NCBI GenBank assembly: GCA_013911165.1
Contig: JACETR010000006.1
Coordinates: 4,570 to 68,569 of the forward strand
Origin: Planctomycetota bacterium
GTDB lineage: Bacteria; Planctomycetota; UBA8108; UBA1146
Direction: 5' to 3'
Length of the DNA: 64,000 bases
The notes beneath the pieces are model-generated. The model was not told where the DNA came from, did not search any database, and saw only the letters and a program-made list of their open reading frames with translations. The first letter of the stretch is position 1. Each line of letters opens with the position of its first letter. The translations under genes and the position numbers were made by a program. This document shows, piece by piece, positions 1-8,359 of this stretch.

Positions 1-594
1 CAGTTGGGCATCGCTGCGGCCACCATTGCTTTTGGATTGGACATCGGAACCGTCTGAGGCGAGGGCCTGCATCCATGGAATCAGCCGATCATGGGACTGC
101 TGAATCGTGACACCGTCCGTTGTGACCAGAGTCGTTTCCGTTTTCGATCGAGCGAGACTGACCACCCGCTGAACGATGCGTTCATCTCCCCCCATCGATT
201 GGCAAATCGATTTCAATCGATCGACCAGATCGGCGGACGAGGCTTCATCCCAGGAGTGGGTCACCGGGTGATTCCAGTTTCCCGACTTCATCGGTCTCGG
301 AGCTTTTGAGAAATCGACAACTCCACGATCGGAGACCGCCTGGGCCCAATCGAGTGCCACTCTTGCGGCCTGATAGAGGCCACCGACTGACAAATCACTG
401 GTGGCAGCGATACCCTGCCCTTCTCCGGTGACAACGGTAATCATCGCTCCTCTGTCTGAGGTCGACGAAGGCGGCAACAGCATCTCATCGCGGACGGTGA
501 GATTTTCACTGTGGGTCTCTACCCAGCGAAGTGAACACCAGGTCCCCCGGGGTGCAATACGCCCCAGCAGTTCCTGAATTTCATGGGGAGTCAT
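1..594 (-). CDS. tldD: TldD/PmbA family metalloprotease, N-terminal part (runs off the left edge)
   Basis: Not in the ORF track. Manual translation from ATG at 594 (RBS GGAGAAGAGG) is open to base 1: MTPHEIQELLGRIAPRGTWCSLRWVETHSENLTVRDEMLLPPSSTSDRGAMITVVTGEGQGIAATSDLS..., which is the typical TldD N-terminal pattern. The catalytic HExxxH would lie outside the window. Confidence 0.75.
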   Translation of the reverse strand, partial: MTPHEIQELLGRIAPRGTWCSLRWVETHSENLTVRDEMLLPPSSTSDRGAMITVVTGEGQGIAATSDLSVGGLYQAARVALDWAQAVSDRGVVDFSKAPRPMKSGNWNHPVTHSWDEASSADLVDRLKSICQSMGGDERIVQRVVSLARSKTETTLVTTDGVTIQQSHDRLIPWMQALASDGSDVQSKSNGGRSDAQL

Positions 595-612
595 CGTGCC
601 TCTTCTCCACTT

Positions 613-1806
613 TTATCGAACCTGTTCAATCGTTGCTGGCAGTCGGGGTCCTTCTGCGTCTTCCACGGACAGTCCGCCCCGCATGACCGCCTCAATTCCC
701 GATTCTCCGTGGATCACCAGATCCGCCCGGTAATCGGATCGCAGGCTTCCCCTGCGTGGCAAGCCCAGGTCCTCAGCAGCATTCAGTGAACCCATATTCT
801 GCAAGCTGACCTGATCCCAACCGAGTACTTGAGCCGTTCTCGATAATGCCTCTGGAAGCAGGGTGACGCTACCGGCCAATGTCCCGTCAGAAAGGGTGGC
901 CCGCTCTCCGTCCGAACAGACTTCCTGTCCACAGAAGACTCCTGAGGAAACCCCCATGCCCGCAAGTGGCATCGCATCGCTGACCGCAATCAATCCGTTC
1001 GGCCCTTTCATTTTCAAGGCGAGGCGCACCAGATCATCGGACAAGTGGTGACCATCGAGAATCACTTCACAGCGAACCCGATCATCGAGAAGGATCGCAC
1101 CGACCGGTCCGGGGTCTCGGTGATGAAGGGGTGGCATGGCATTACAAAGATGAGTGCAGCGACGGGCACCGGCATCGATCGCGGCCTTAGTTTCAGCTGC
1201 AGAGGCACAGGTATGCCCGATCGATCCCTTGATCCCCACCATGGAGAACTTCTTTTGGGAGGCGAGCGGCACCCGTTCAGGTGCGAAAGTCATCAGTCTG
1301 AGTCTGCCCCCGGCCGCTTCCAGAAGACGATTCATCAATTCATCGTCCCATTCCAGAACCCCCGATTCAGGCAAAGCACCCCGTCTTCCAGGTGACAGGA
1401 ATGGCCCCTCGAGATGAATCCCGAGGATGGAGGGGCTGAGTTCCGCTGCTCTGGCCACCGTCGAGAGGATTTCTTTCATCTCTTCTTCAGGACCCGGAAC
1501 GATGGTGGGGTAAACGGTGGTCACTCCCAGAGCGGCGAGCTTTTCGACACTGTCGGCAAGTGTTTCTGGATCAGCAGCATTAAAGTCGACCCCGCCGAAA
1601 CCATGAATATGGGGATCGACCCAACCGGGTGTCACTTTTCTCCCACCCAAGTCCCAAATCTCATCGCCGGTTGCGGTACCGGCAGGTGCCAATTTTCGGA
1701 TCACTGCCCCTTCGAGTAGCAAATCACCGTGGACAATCCGGTCCGGGAGTACCAACTCACCATTCCTGAGGACCACTGTCGTTTCAGATTCTTCCGGATT
1801 GCTCAC
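613..1806 (-). CDS. nagA: N-acetylglucosamine-6-phosphate deacetylase
   Basis: PGWVDPHIHGFGG, GIHLEGPFL, GHT, THLCNAMPPLHHRDPG, DGHH, SDAM and LAGS motifs. Confidence 0.93.
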   Translation of the reverse strand: MSNPEESETTVVLRNGELVLPDRIVHGDLLLEGAVIRKLAPAGTATGDEIWDLGGRKVTPGWVDPHIHGFGGVDFNAADPETLADSVEKLAALGVTTVYPTIVPGPEEEMKEILSTVARAAELSPSILGIHLEGPFLSPGRRGALPESGVLEWDDELMNRLLEAAGGRLRLMTFAPERVPLASQKKFSMVGIKGSIGHTCASAAETKAAIDAGARRCTHLCNAMPPLHHRDPGPVGAILLDDRVRCEVILDGHHLSDDLVRLALKMKGPNGLIAVSDAMPLAGMGVSSGVFCGQEVCSDGERATLSDGTLAGSVTLLPEALSRTAQVLGWDQVSLQNMGSLNAAEDLGLPRRGSLRSDYRADLVIHGESGIEAVMRGGLSVEDAEGPRLPATIEQVR

Positions 1807-2771
1807 GAATTTCCTCCACCACTCTTCTTCAAGTCGTCAGTCTGTATGAGATGGGCCGCTCTCAGAGCGGCACCGATCCAGCCCGCCCGATTCCCCTGCT
1901 TCGCCTTGACGACAGTCAGGTCTGCCAAGGCCTTGGGCAACAAATGACTTCTCAGAGACTCCTCAATCAGTTCCAGATGTCGTGGACGAGCATCGATAAT
2001 CCCTCCACCAATCACGATGACATCGGGATTGAGAAGATGAACGGCACTCATCATTCCGGCTCCGAGAATTCGTGCTCCTTCATCCAGAACTTCATTGGCC
2101 AGAGAGTCGCCTGACAAACCTGCCTGAACCAGATCGGAAACACCGGGGGCCTCAGCGTTACCGAGTCTTCTCCCCCACTCCTTCGCCATTCCCCAGCCTC
2201 CAGAGTAAGCCTCCATGCACCCGATCAATCCACAGTTGCAGGCACGCCCATTCGGTTCCCAGGTGATGTGCCCCAACTCCATCGCACCACCCACGGCCCC
2301 CTTGAGCAATTCCCCCTCAATCACTGCCCCACCGCCGATTCCAGTACCGACTGTGGCAGCAAGAAGATTGCGTGCTCCTCTACCTGCTCCCGAACGATAC
2401 TCTCCCCATGCTGCCGCATTGGCGTCGTTCTCTACCACAGATGGAACGCCAAATTTTTCATGGAAAAATCCGACGATATCGGTGCCATGCCATCCCCCAA
2501 GGTTAGCGACAGGAAAGCGAATCGTTCCCTTGTCCGGATCGACCACTCCGGGTGTCCCCAAACCGAGAGCACAGACTTCTCCATCGTTTTTGCGGGCCTC
2601 CTCGAAAGCGATATTCCCGGCATCTTCAAGGGCCTTGAGAATTGCTTCCTGCCCCATCGATGCATTGCTGGGAAAACGATCAGACCAGATTTCATTCCCA
2701 TCAGGGGTACATAAACCAACCTTGATTTGAGTTCCACCCAGATCGAGTCCAGCAAAATACTCTTTGGTCAA
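1803..2771 (-). CDS. ROK family sugar kinase (glucokinase/GlcNAc kinase-like)
   Basis: GLDLGGT, ENDANAAAWGE, GTGIGGG, ELGH...CNCGLIGCMEAY. TTG start at 2771 follows GGAGG; stop overlaps the nagA start. Confidence 0.9.
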   Translation of the reverse strand: MTKEYFAGLDLGGTQIKVGLCTPDGNEIWSDRFPSNASMGQEAILKALEDAGNIAFEEARKNDGEVCALGLGTPGVVDPDKGTIRFPVANLGGWHGTDIVGFFHEKFGVPSVVENDANAAAWGEYRSGAGRGARNLLAATVGTGIGGGAVIEGELLKGAVGGAMELGHITWEPNGRACNCGLIGCMEAYSGGWGMAKEWGRRLGNAEAPGVSDLVQAGLSGDSLANEVLDEGARILGAGMMSAVHLLNPDVIVIGGGIIDARPRHLELIEESLRSHLLPKALADLTVVKAKQGNRAGWIGAALRAAHLIQTDDLKKSGGGNS

Positions 2772-2970
2772 GATTCCTCCCTGGAGCAATGCCTCTGAAT
2801 CTGATTCTAGACGTGGTGATTCAGATCAGCCGCCTTGAACAGCATCGACTGCAGCGGGAGCGGAGGCAAGGCTCCCTGATTCACACTTTCCGGAGTCACC
2901 ACTGATTTTCCCGTTAAAAGTGGGAATGGAACCGGAGCCGAATTCGATGGAGAATATTCATGGAGGAACC

Positions 2971-3330
2971 ATGCACCCTGATACCCCTGATCAAGACTCT
3001 GCTCAGACCCCTTCCGAGGACTCCGGAGCAGTGCAACGCTGGATTGATCGCTACCATGCGGATCACAAGCACCCCATGAATCATGCCACTCATATCATCG
3101 GGATTCCGGCCATCGTGGCCTCACTGGTAGTGGTTTTCTTCAATTGGCAATGGGGCCTGGGACTTTTCATCGGTGGATGGATTCTTCAGTTCATCGGACA
3201 TGGAATCGAAGGCAATCGACCCTCCTTCATGAAAGATCCCCGCTTTCTGTTGGTGGGCCCGCTCTTCATTCTTCAACATGGATTCCGCAAGTTGACCGGT
3301 ACACAGCGAAACGAAGACGACCCCTCATGA
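2971..3330 (+). CDS. DUF962/Mpo1-like small membrane protein
   Basis: YHADHKHPMNHATHIIGIP...GWILQFIGHGIEGNRPSF signature; GGAGG before ATG 2971. Confidence 0.85.
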   Translation: MHPDTPDQDSAQTPSEDSGAVQRWIDRYHADHKHPMNHATHIIGIPAIVASLVVVFFNWQWGLGLFIGGWILQFIGHGIEGNRPSFMKDPRFLLVGPLFILQHGFRKLTGTQRNEDDPS

Positions 3331-5960
3331 ATCACGGCTATTCTTTTTCTCCAGCCGCCAAAAGGCGTGACCTGTGGTGGTTGAGCCTCTTTCTGATCTG
3401 TGCTTTTCCACTTTCAGGAGAAGGGCAAAACGGAGACAGAAAGGGGGAAGTCCAGCAGGAGAACTGGCGCCAGTGGAACGTACCGGAAGCCCCCGTCCTT
3501 TCGCCGGAAGAAGCTCTGGCTTCCTTTCAAATTGCTTCTGGATTCCGCATTGAGTTGGCGGCCAGCGAACCTTCCGTCGTCGATCCTGTTGCCATGGCAT
3601 GGGATGAAGAGGGTCGGCTTTGGGTCGTCGAGATGCGTTCTTACATGCCCGATGTGGCTGGCAATGGTGAAACTGACCCGGTCGGACAAATCGGGGTGCT
3701 GGAGGATCTGAATGGGGATGGTTTCTATGAAACCCGTCACACATTCCTCGACCGCCTCATCAATCCCCGGGCGATCAGTATCGTCGAAGGAGGCGTCCTG
3801 GTCGGAGAACCTCCAAATCTCTGGTACTGCCAAGACTTCGATGGGGACCATCGCTGCGATCGGAGAACGAGGGTCAGTCACTATGGAACCGACGACCCCG
3901 ATCATGTCGAACACACCGATAATGGCCTTGTCAGGGCCCTCGACAACTGGATCTATAATTCGAAGAGCAGTCGTAAATTCCGCTTCGATCTGGTGGAGGG
4001 AAAACCGCACCTGATCGACGCACCCACAGCATTTCGGGGGCAATGGGGAATCGTTCAGGACGATCTCGGCCGTTTACACTACAACCACAACTCGACATGG
4101 ATCCTCGCCGACCCATTGCCAACCGAGCTGCTTCTGGCGAACCCCTGGTGTGGCAGGACGATCGGGCAGCCTGCACGGGCCGGGCAAACCGTGATCCCTG
4201 ATCCATCCACCTGGCCGGTACGGATCAATCCGGGGATCAACCGGGGTTATCAGGGGCCCATGCTGCGAGCAGACGGGCGTTTGAAAAGAAACACCGCAGC
4301 CTCCGGCGTTGCCATCCTTCGCAGTGACCGTTGGGGCCCCGATTGGAATGGCAGGGCTTTTGTTCCCGAAGCAGCGGGGAATCTCGTCGCAGCTTTCGAA
4401 GTGCAAGAAAACGGCACAGGGCTTCGAGGGAGACAGATGGTTTGGGAACATCCGGAATATGGTCAACAGGCTTTTGTGGCCAGTACCGATGAAAGATTTC
4501 GCCCCGTCGATGCAAAGCTCGGACCGGACGGGCACCTCTACATCATCGACATGTACCGGGGCATCATTCAACACCGCCAGTTCGTCACCAGTTATCTGCG
4601 CAAACAGATCGAGGAAAGAGGTCTGGCTGAACCGGTCGGACTCGGAAGAATCTGGCGGGTTGTCCCCGAGAAAAACGATTCCTCACCAGCCGATACTGTG
4701 GCTCATCTCTCCCTCCTTCAGAGCATGGAAGGTCAGGTTGCCGCTCTCAGTGATTCGAATGGCTGGATTCGGGATACCGCTCAGCGCCTGTTAGTTGAAT
4801 CCGCCTCACCCGCCGTTGTTCCGCTTCTGAAACCGATACTGGGAGATGAAGAGGCTTTCCTGACAGCGAGAGTCCATTCGCTGCGAACACTGGCGGGCCT
4901 GGGCCAGTTGAACAGTGCGGATCTCATCACAGTGCTGTCATCATCCAGCCCTGAATTACGGCGTATCGGTTGTCAGGTATTGGCTGAACTGACTACTCCC
5001 GATTCTGACTGGCAAAACTGTATTCCAGCCCTGATCACACCACAAAGCGGGGAATCCCGGATCGATACTCTGCACCGGGTCATTGCTCTTTCCGCGATGA
5101 AGGAAAATGAAGTCGCCCTCGAAGGTCTCTTCTCGATTCTCAGGGACCACGGCGATTCTCCCCATATTCGACTTGCCGCACTCAGTCAGTGGGACGACTA
5201 CCAGGTGGAAAGACTCAGTCGATTTCTGTCGACCGATTTTGCCAACGAGGATTTCTCAGGATTTCTTTCACTCGTCAATGAAGTTACCCGCTCTGCTCTC
5301 TACAAAGATCCCAACGCACTGCCCCTGATTCTCGAAATGATCGGCGAGCTGGACTCCCTTGATCTCCGATTCTCTGCGGTAGTAGCAGGCATCGACTTCG
5401 CCTTTCAACAAAAGCGCTGGAACCCTCCCGCTCTTTCAGAGATCCCCCCCACACTCACCCGGGGTGATCTTCCTGAAGCCCTGTCAGTTGCTTGCCAGAA
5501 AATCGTCGCAAAGTTGCTGATTTCCAAATCAGAGAAGGAGACTCTTCGACCATGGACTGAGCAGGAAAGAAGATGGGCAAAATCCGGTGCCCGTGCTTTT
5601 GCCTCTTCCTGTTCGTCGTGCCATGGATCCGGCGGCCAGGGCTTGCCGGGGTTGGGCCCCTCTCTTCAGGGGAGTGAATGGTTACTGGGAGAGGAAGATG
5701 TTCCCATTCGCATCATTCTCGATGGCCTGACAGGTCCCATCACTGTCGATGGAGAAGTTTGGGATCTGACCATGCCCGGCCATCGGGAAAACCCGAAGAT
5801 GACCGATACCGAAATCTCCGCACTCCTCACATGGATTCGCCGGCAATGGGGACACGGAGCCGACCCGGTATCCCCGAAAACAGTCCAACGGGTTCGTGAA
5901 AAAACTGCCGATCGCAAACAACCGTGGACCGCCGAACTGTTGAGGGAAGGCTCACGATGA
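3327..5960 (+). CDS. PVC-type membrane-bound dehydrogenase-like / heme c-binding protein (beta-propeller + HEAT-like repeats + cytochrome c)
   Basis: Signal peptide; LSPEEALASFQIASGFRIELAASEP, FRPVD..GPDGHLYIIDMYR; C-terminal CSSCH heme motif with distal MPG. ATG 3327 overlaps the upstream TGA. Confidence 0.88.
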   Translation: MNHGYSFSPAAKRRDLWWLSLFLICAFPLSGEGQNGDRKGEVQQENWRQWNVPEAPVLSPEEALASFQIASGFRIELAASEPSVVDPVAMAWDEEGRLWVVEMRSYMPDVAGNGETDPVGQIGVLEDLNGDGFYETRHTFLDRLINPRAISIVEGGVLVGEPPNLWYCQDFDGDHRCDRRTRVSHYGTDDPDHVEHTDNGLVRALDNWIYNSKSSRKFRFDLVEGKPHLIDAPTAFRGQWGIVQDDLGRLHYNHNSTWILADPLPTELLLANPWCGRTIGQPARAGQTVIPDPSTWPVRINPGINRGYQGPMLRADGRLKRNTAASGVAILRSDRWGPDWNGRAFVPEAAGNLVAAFEVQENGTGLRGRQMVWEHPEYGQQAFVASTDERFRPVDAKLGPDGHLYIIDMYRGIIQHRQFVTSYLRKQIEERGLAEPVGLGRIWRVVPEKNDSSPADTVAHLSLLQSMEGQVAALSDSNGWIRDTAQRLLVESASPAVVPLLKPILGDEEAFLTARVHSLRTLAGLGQLNSADLITVLSSSSPELRRIGCQVLAELTTPDSDWQNCIPALITPQSGESRIDTLHRVIALSAMKENEVALEGLFSILRDHGDSPHIRLAALSQWDDYQVERLSRFLSTDFANEDFSGFLSLVNEVTRSALYKDPNALPLILEMIGELDSLDLRFSAVVAGIDFAFQQKRWNPPALSEIPPTLTRGDLPEALSVACQKIVAKLLISKSEKETLRPWTEQERRWAKSGARAFASSCSSCHGSGGQGLPGLGPSLQGSEWLLGEEDVPIRIILDGLTGPITVDGEVWDLTMPGHRENPKMTDTEISALLTWIRRQWGHGADPVSPKTVQRVREKTADRKQPWTAELLREGSR

Positions 5961-7114
5961 TCAGTCCTGTTCTGCTGCTGCTGTCGATATTCGGCCTGAC
6001 CTTTACTGAGCCGGACACCTCGGTCTCTTTGGATAAAGACACACTGCAGTGGCAAGATTTGACTCCCCTGGAGGACCTGAAGGGTTGGAAAGTGTGTTGT
6101 GGCCCAGCCCGCTATGAGGTCAAGAACGGTGTGGTCACAGGGACCACTGTTCCGGGAAGCCCGAATACATTCCTGATTACAGAAAAGAAATATGGCGACT
6201 TTGAACTCGAGTATGAGTTCAAGGTCGACAGCCGATTGAACGCAGGAGTACAGATTCGCAGCGAAGTCAGCCAGAACCGCATGCGTGGCTGCCAGATCGA
6301 GATCGATATGGACGAAAATCGGCAACGATTCTGGAGTGCCGGGATCTATGAAGAGGGTGATCGAGGCTGGCTCTGTGACCTTTCAAAGAACCCGGAAGCC
6401 ATCGCTGCACACAACATCGATGAATGGAATCACGTTCGTGTGGTCACCCGTGGAGCCATGATCGAAACCTATCTGAATGGTGTCGCTGCAGCGAAGACAT
6501 GGTGCGGCCAACGCCTGAAAGGGGTCATTGGCCTTCAGGTTCATGGCGTCGGTGCAGCTCAGACAGAGCCTCTGAAGGTTCAATGGCGACGACTGAAAAT
6601 CAGGGATCATGGGGAACACCAATGGGTCACCGTTCTGGATTCATCCAAAACTCCCTCCCATTCCACCGATGAGGATTCCCCTGTGTCCCTTTGGAAGTTC
6701 ACTCCCGACTCGACCACAGAAAGCCTGAAACTGCTTCTCGATTTGAAAGAGAAGCAGTCATGGAGCTTTCGTCAGGGGGACCTTTCCTACCAAATCAACA
6801 CCGCCAGAAACACATTCAGTTTCAGTTTTCCGCCGCTGAATAAGCAACAGGATTCAGGGCCCATGGGAATACTGGGATCCACACAGGACAGACCCTGGAA
6901 TCAGTCGCGAATCTTCCTGCACAGGAACTCCTGGGGAGTCGGATATGAGATTCTGGGCCCCGGAGGATCGGGAAACTCCAGAAAAGTCGATCGGTTCGAC
7001 CTTCCCCGACCCGGAAGCGGGGAGGAGTGGGCGATCACCGCCTCTCCCGGAACCCAGTGGCAAGTACAGGCCCTGATCCGAAAAACAGCGTCAAATAGCC
7101 CTCAAAAGCCCTGA
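5957..7114 (+). CDS. DUF1080 (3-keto-disaccharide hydrolase-like) secreted protein with C-terminal extension
   Basis: LKGWK, YGDFELEYEFKVD, NAGVQIRS, EWNHVRV, GVIGLQVH, VQWRRLKIR; signal peptide; ATGA overlap with the upstream gene. Confidence 0.85.
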   Translation: MISPVLLLLSIFGLTFTEPDTSVSLDKDTLQWQDLTPLEDLKGWKVCCGPARYEVKNGVVTGTTVPGSPNTFLITEKKYGDFELEYEFKVDSRLNAGVQIRSEVSQNRMRGCQIEIDMDENRQRFWSAGIYEEGDRGWLCDLSKNPEAIAAHNIDEWNHVRVVTRGAMIETYLNGVAAAKTWCGQRLKGVIGLQVHGVGAAQTEPLKVQWRRLKIRDHGEHQWVTVLDSSKTPSHSTDEDSPVSLWKFTPDSTTESLKLLLDLKEKQSWSFRQGDLSYQINTARNTFSFSFPPLNKQQDSGPMGILGSTQDRPWNQSRIFLHRNSWGVGYEILGPGGSGNSRKVDRFDLPRPGSGEEWAITASPGTQWQVQALIRKTASNSPQKP

Positions 7115-7148
7115 TTCGGCAGATGAGTGGCGGATTCTTCGGAAATCA

Positions 7149-7177
7149 TTGCACCCCCAGAGGTGGACCGATAGACT
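7149..7177 (+). promoter_or_regulatory. sigma70-type promoter for rpmH
   Basis: TTGCAC (7149-7154), 17-nt spacer, TAGACT (7172-7177), ending about 30 nt upstream of the ATG and followed by a GGAGG RBS. Confidence 0.65.
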
Positions 7178-7208
7178 TCCGGTTCGGTTAAAAACTCACG
7201 GAGGAATA

Positions 7209-7346
7209 ATGAAGGTCAGGATCAGAAAGAGCGGAATCAAGCGCAAGCGTCAGGGATTTCGCGCCCGCATGAAGACCAAAGCCGGCCGCAAGCAGATCAA
7301 TGCCCGTCGCCGCAAGGGAACCACTCGCCTGACGGCATGGGGTTAA
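7209..7346 (+). CDS. rpmH: 50S ribosomal protein L34
   Basis: 45 aa basic protein with GFRARMKTKAGRKQINARRRKG; GGAGG RBS. Confidence 0.93.
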   Translation: MKVRIRKSGIKRKRQGFRARMKTKAGRKQINARRRKGTTRLTAWG

Positions 7347-7385
7347 TCAACTACAAGCCGCGTTCCCGACAATGTTAAAAATGTG

Positions 7386-7415
7386 ATCCAGTGCGTTCGC
7401 GCACTGGATTTTTTT
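7386..7415 (+). terminator. Rho-independent terminator after rpmH
   Basis: ATCCAGTGCG-TTCG-CGCACTGGAT perfect 10-bp stem followed by a T-run. Confidence 0.85.
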
Positions 7416-7450
7416 GTTCCACTATTTTGCCCCGGATTTTCAGGCTGAAT

Positions 7451-8353
7451 TCAGCTGTCGAGAATGCTGTCGATACGGTTCATGAAATCGCCGTCCGATT
7501 CACCATCCATCCTCACAAGAATGTTTTTGGCAACATTTCTGAAATCGGTCGAGGCTTTCGATCCCGGCTCCTCGATCAGAACCATCTTCCCGCGGAGAGC
7601 TGATTTTTCCAGGGCTTCATCTTTTCTCACTGCACCGGCCCAATGAAGCTCTTCGTCCTTCAAGACCCTTTGAAAATGGTCGAACAATCGTCTGCCCGCG
7701 ATCTGATCTTCCACCTCATTCGGAACCAGCCAGCGAGATGGAGGTGATTCCAGATGACTGACAAACTGCAGAACCTTGATGGCATCGACCCGCGCCGTAG
7801 CTTCGGCATTGGTAATCACCAAAACGTCCTGACAATACTCTCCACAAAAATACTGGTGATGATCAATTCCAGCACCAGTATCGAAAGCGAGAATATCGGT
7901 ATTGTCTGAATTGGCCGTCAAAATCTTCTGCAACTGACGATGGTCACTGTCGGACAATTCCAATAACTGGGTTCCATCGTCTTTCTGGCCGGTCAGCAGA
8001 TGAAGAGACCCATCCGGGTAATCGTCATCTCCAGCCCAGTAACTGCGAGGAACCTCCACCAAAGCGTCATCCAGTGAACAATCACCATTCAAAAGTTCGC
8101 GAATTGTCCAACGGGGACTATCAACCGACAAATAGATATGCGAGTTGTGGGTGTTCAGGTCGATATCGACCAAAATGACCCTTTTGCCCCTGCGAGCCCA
8201 TTCCAGACAGACTGCCACCGCAAGGTGGGTTTTTCCGGCACCGCCTTTACCGCTGGTGATGGTGATGGTCTTCATCTCGGACAAGGGACAACCTCTTTTC
8301 TCAACAGGGTCACCGGCCCGAAACGGACCAACTGAGCGGCGTGACGCTATCAT
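7451..8353 (-). CDS. FlhG/FleN/MinD-type P-loop ATPase
   Basis: Deviant Walker A SGKGGAGKT, VDIDL, FDTGAGI, C-terminal GDFMNRI amphipathic tail. The true start may be at 8275 (MKTITIT). Confidence 0.85.
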   Translation of the reverse strand: MIASRRSVGPFRAGDPVEKRGCPLSEMKTITITSGKGGAGKTHLAVAVCLEWARRGKRVILVDIDLNTHNSHIYLSVDSPRWTIRELLNGDCSLDDALVEVPRSYWAGDDDYPDGSLHLLTGQKDDGTQLLELSDSDHRQLQKILTANSDNTDILAFDTGAGIDHHQYFCGEYCQDVLVITNAEATARVDAIKVLQFVSHLESPPSRWLVPNEVEDQIAGRRLFDHFQRVLKDEELHWAGAVRKDEALEKSALRGKMVLIEEPGSKASTDFRNVAKNILVRMDGESDGDFMNRIDSILDS

Positions 8354-8359
8354 GCCTGA

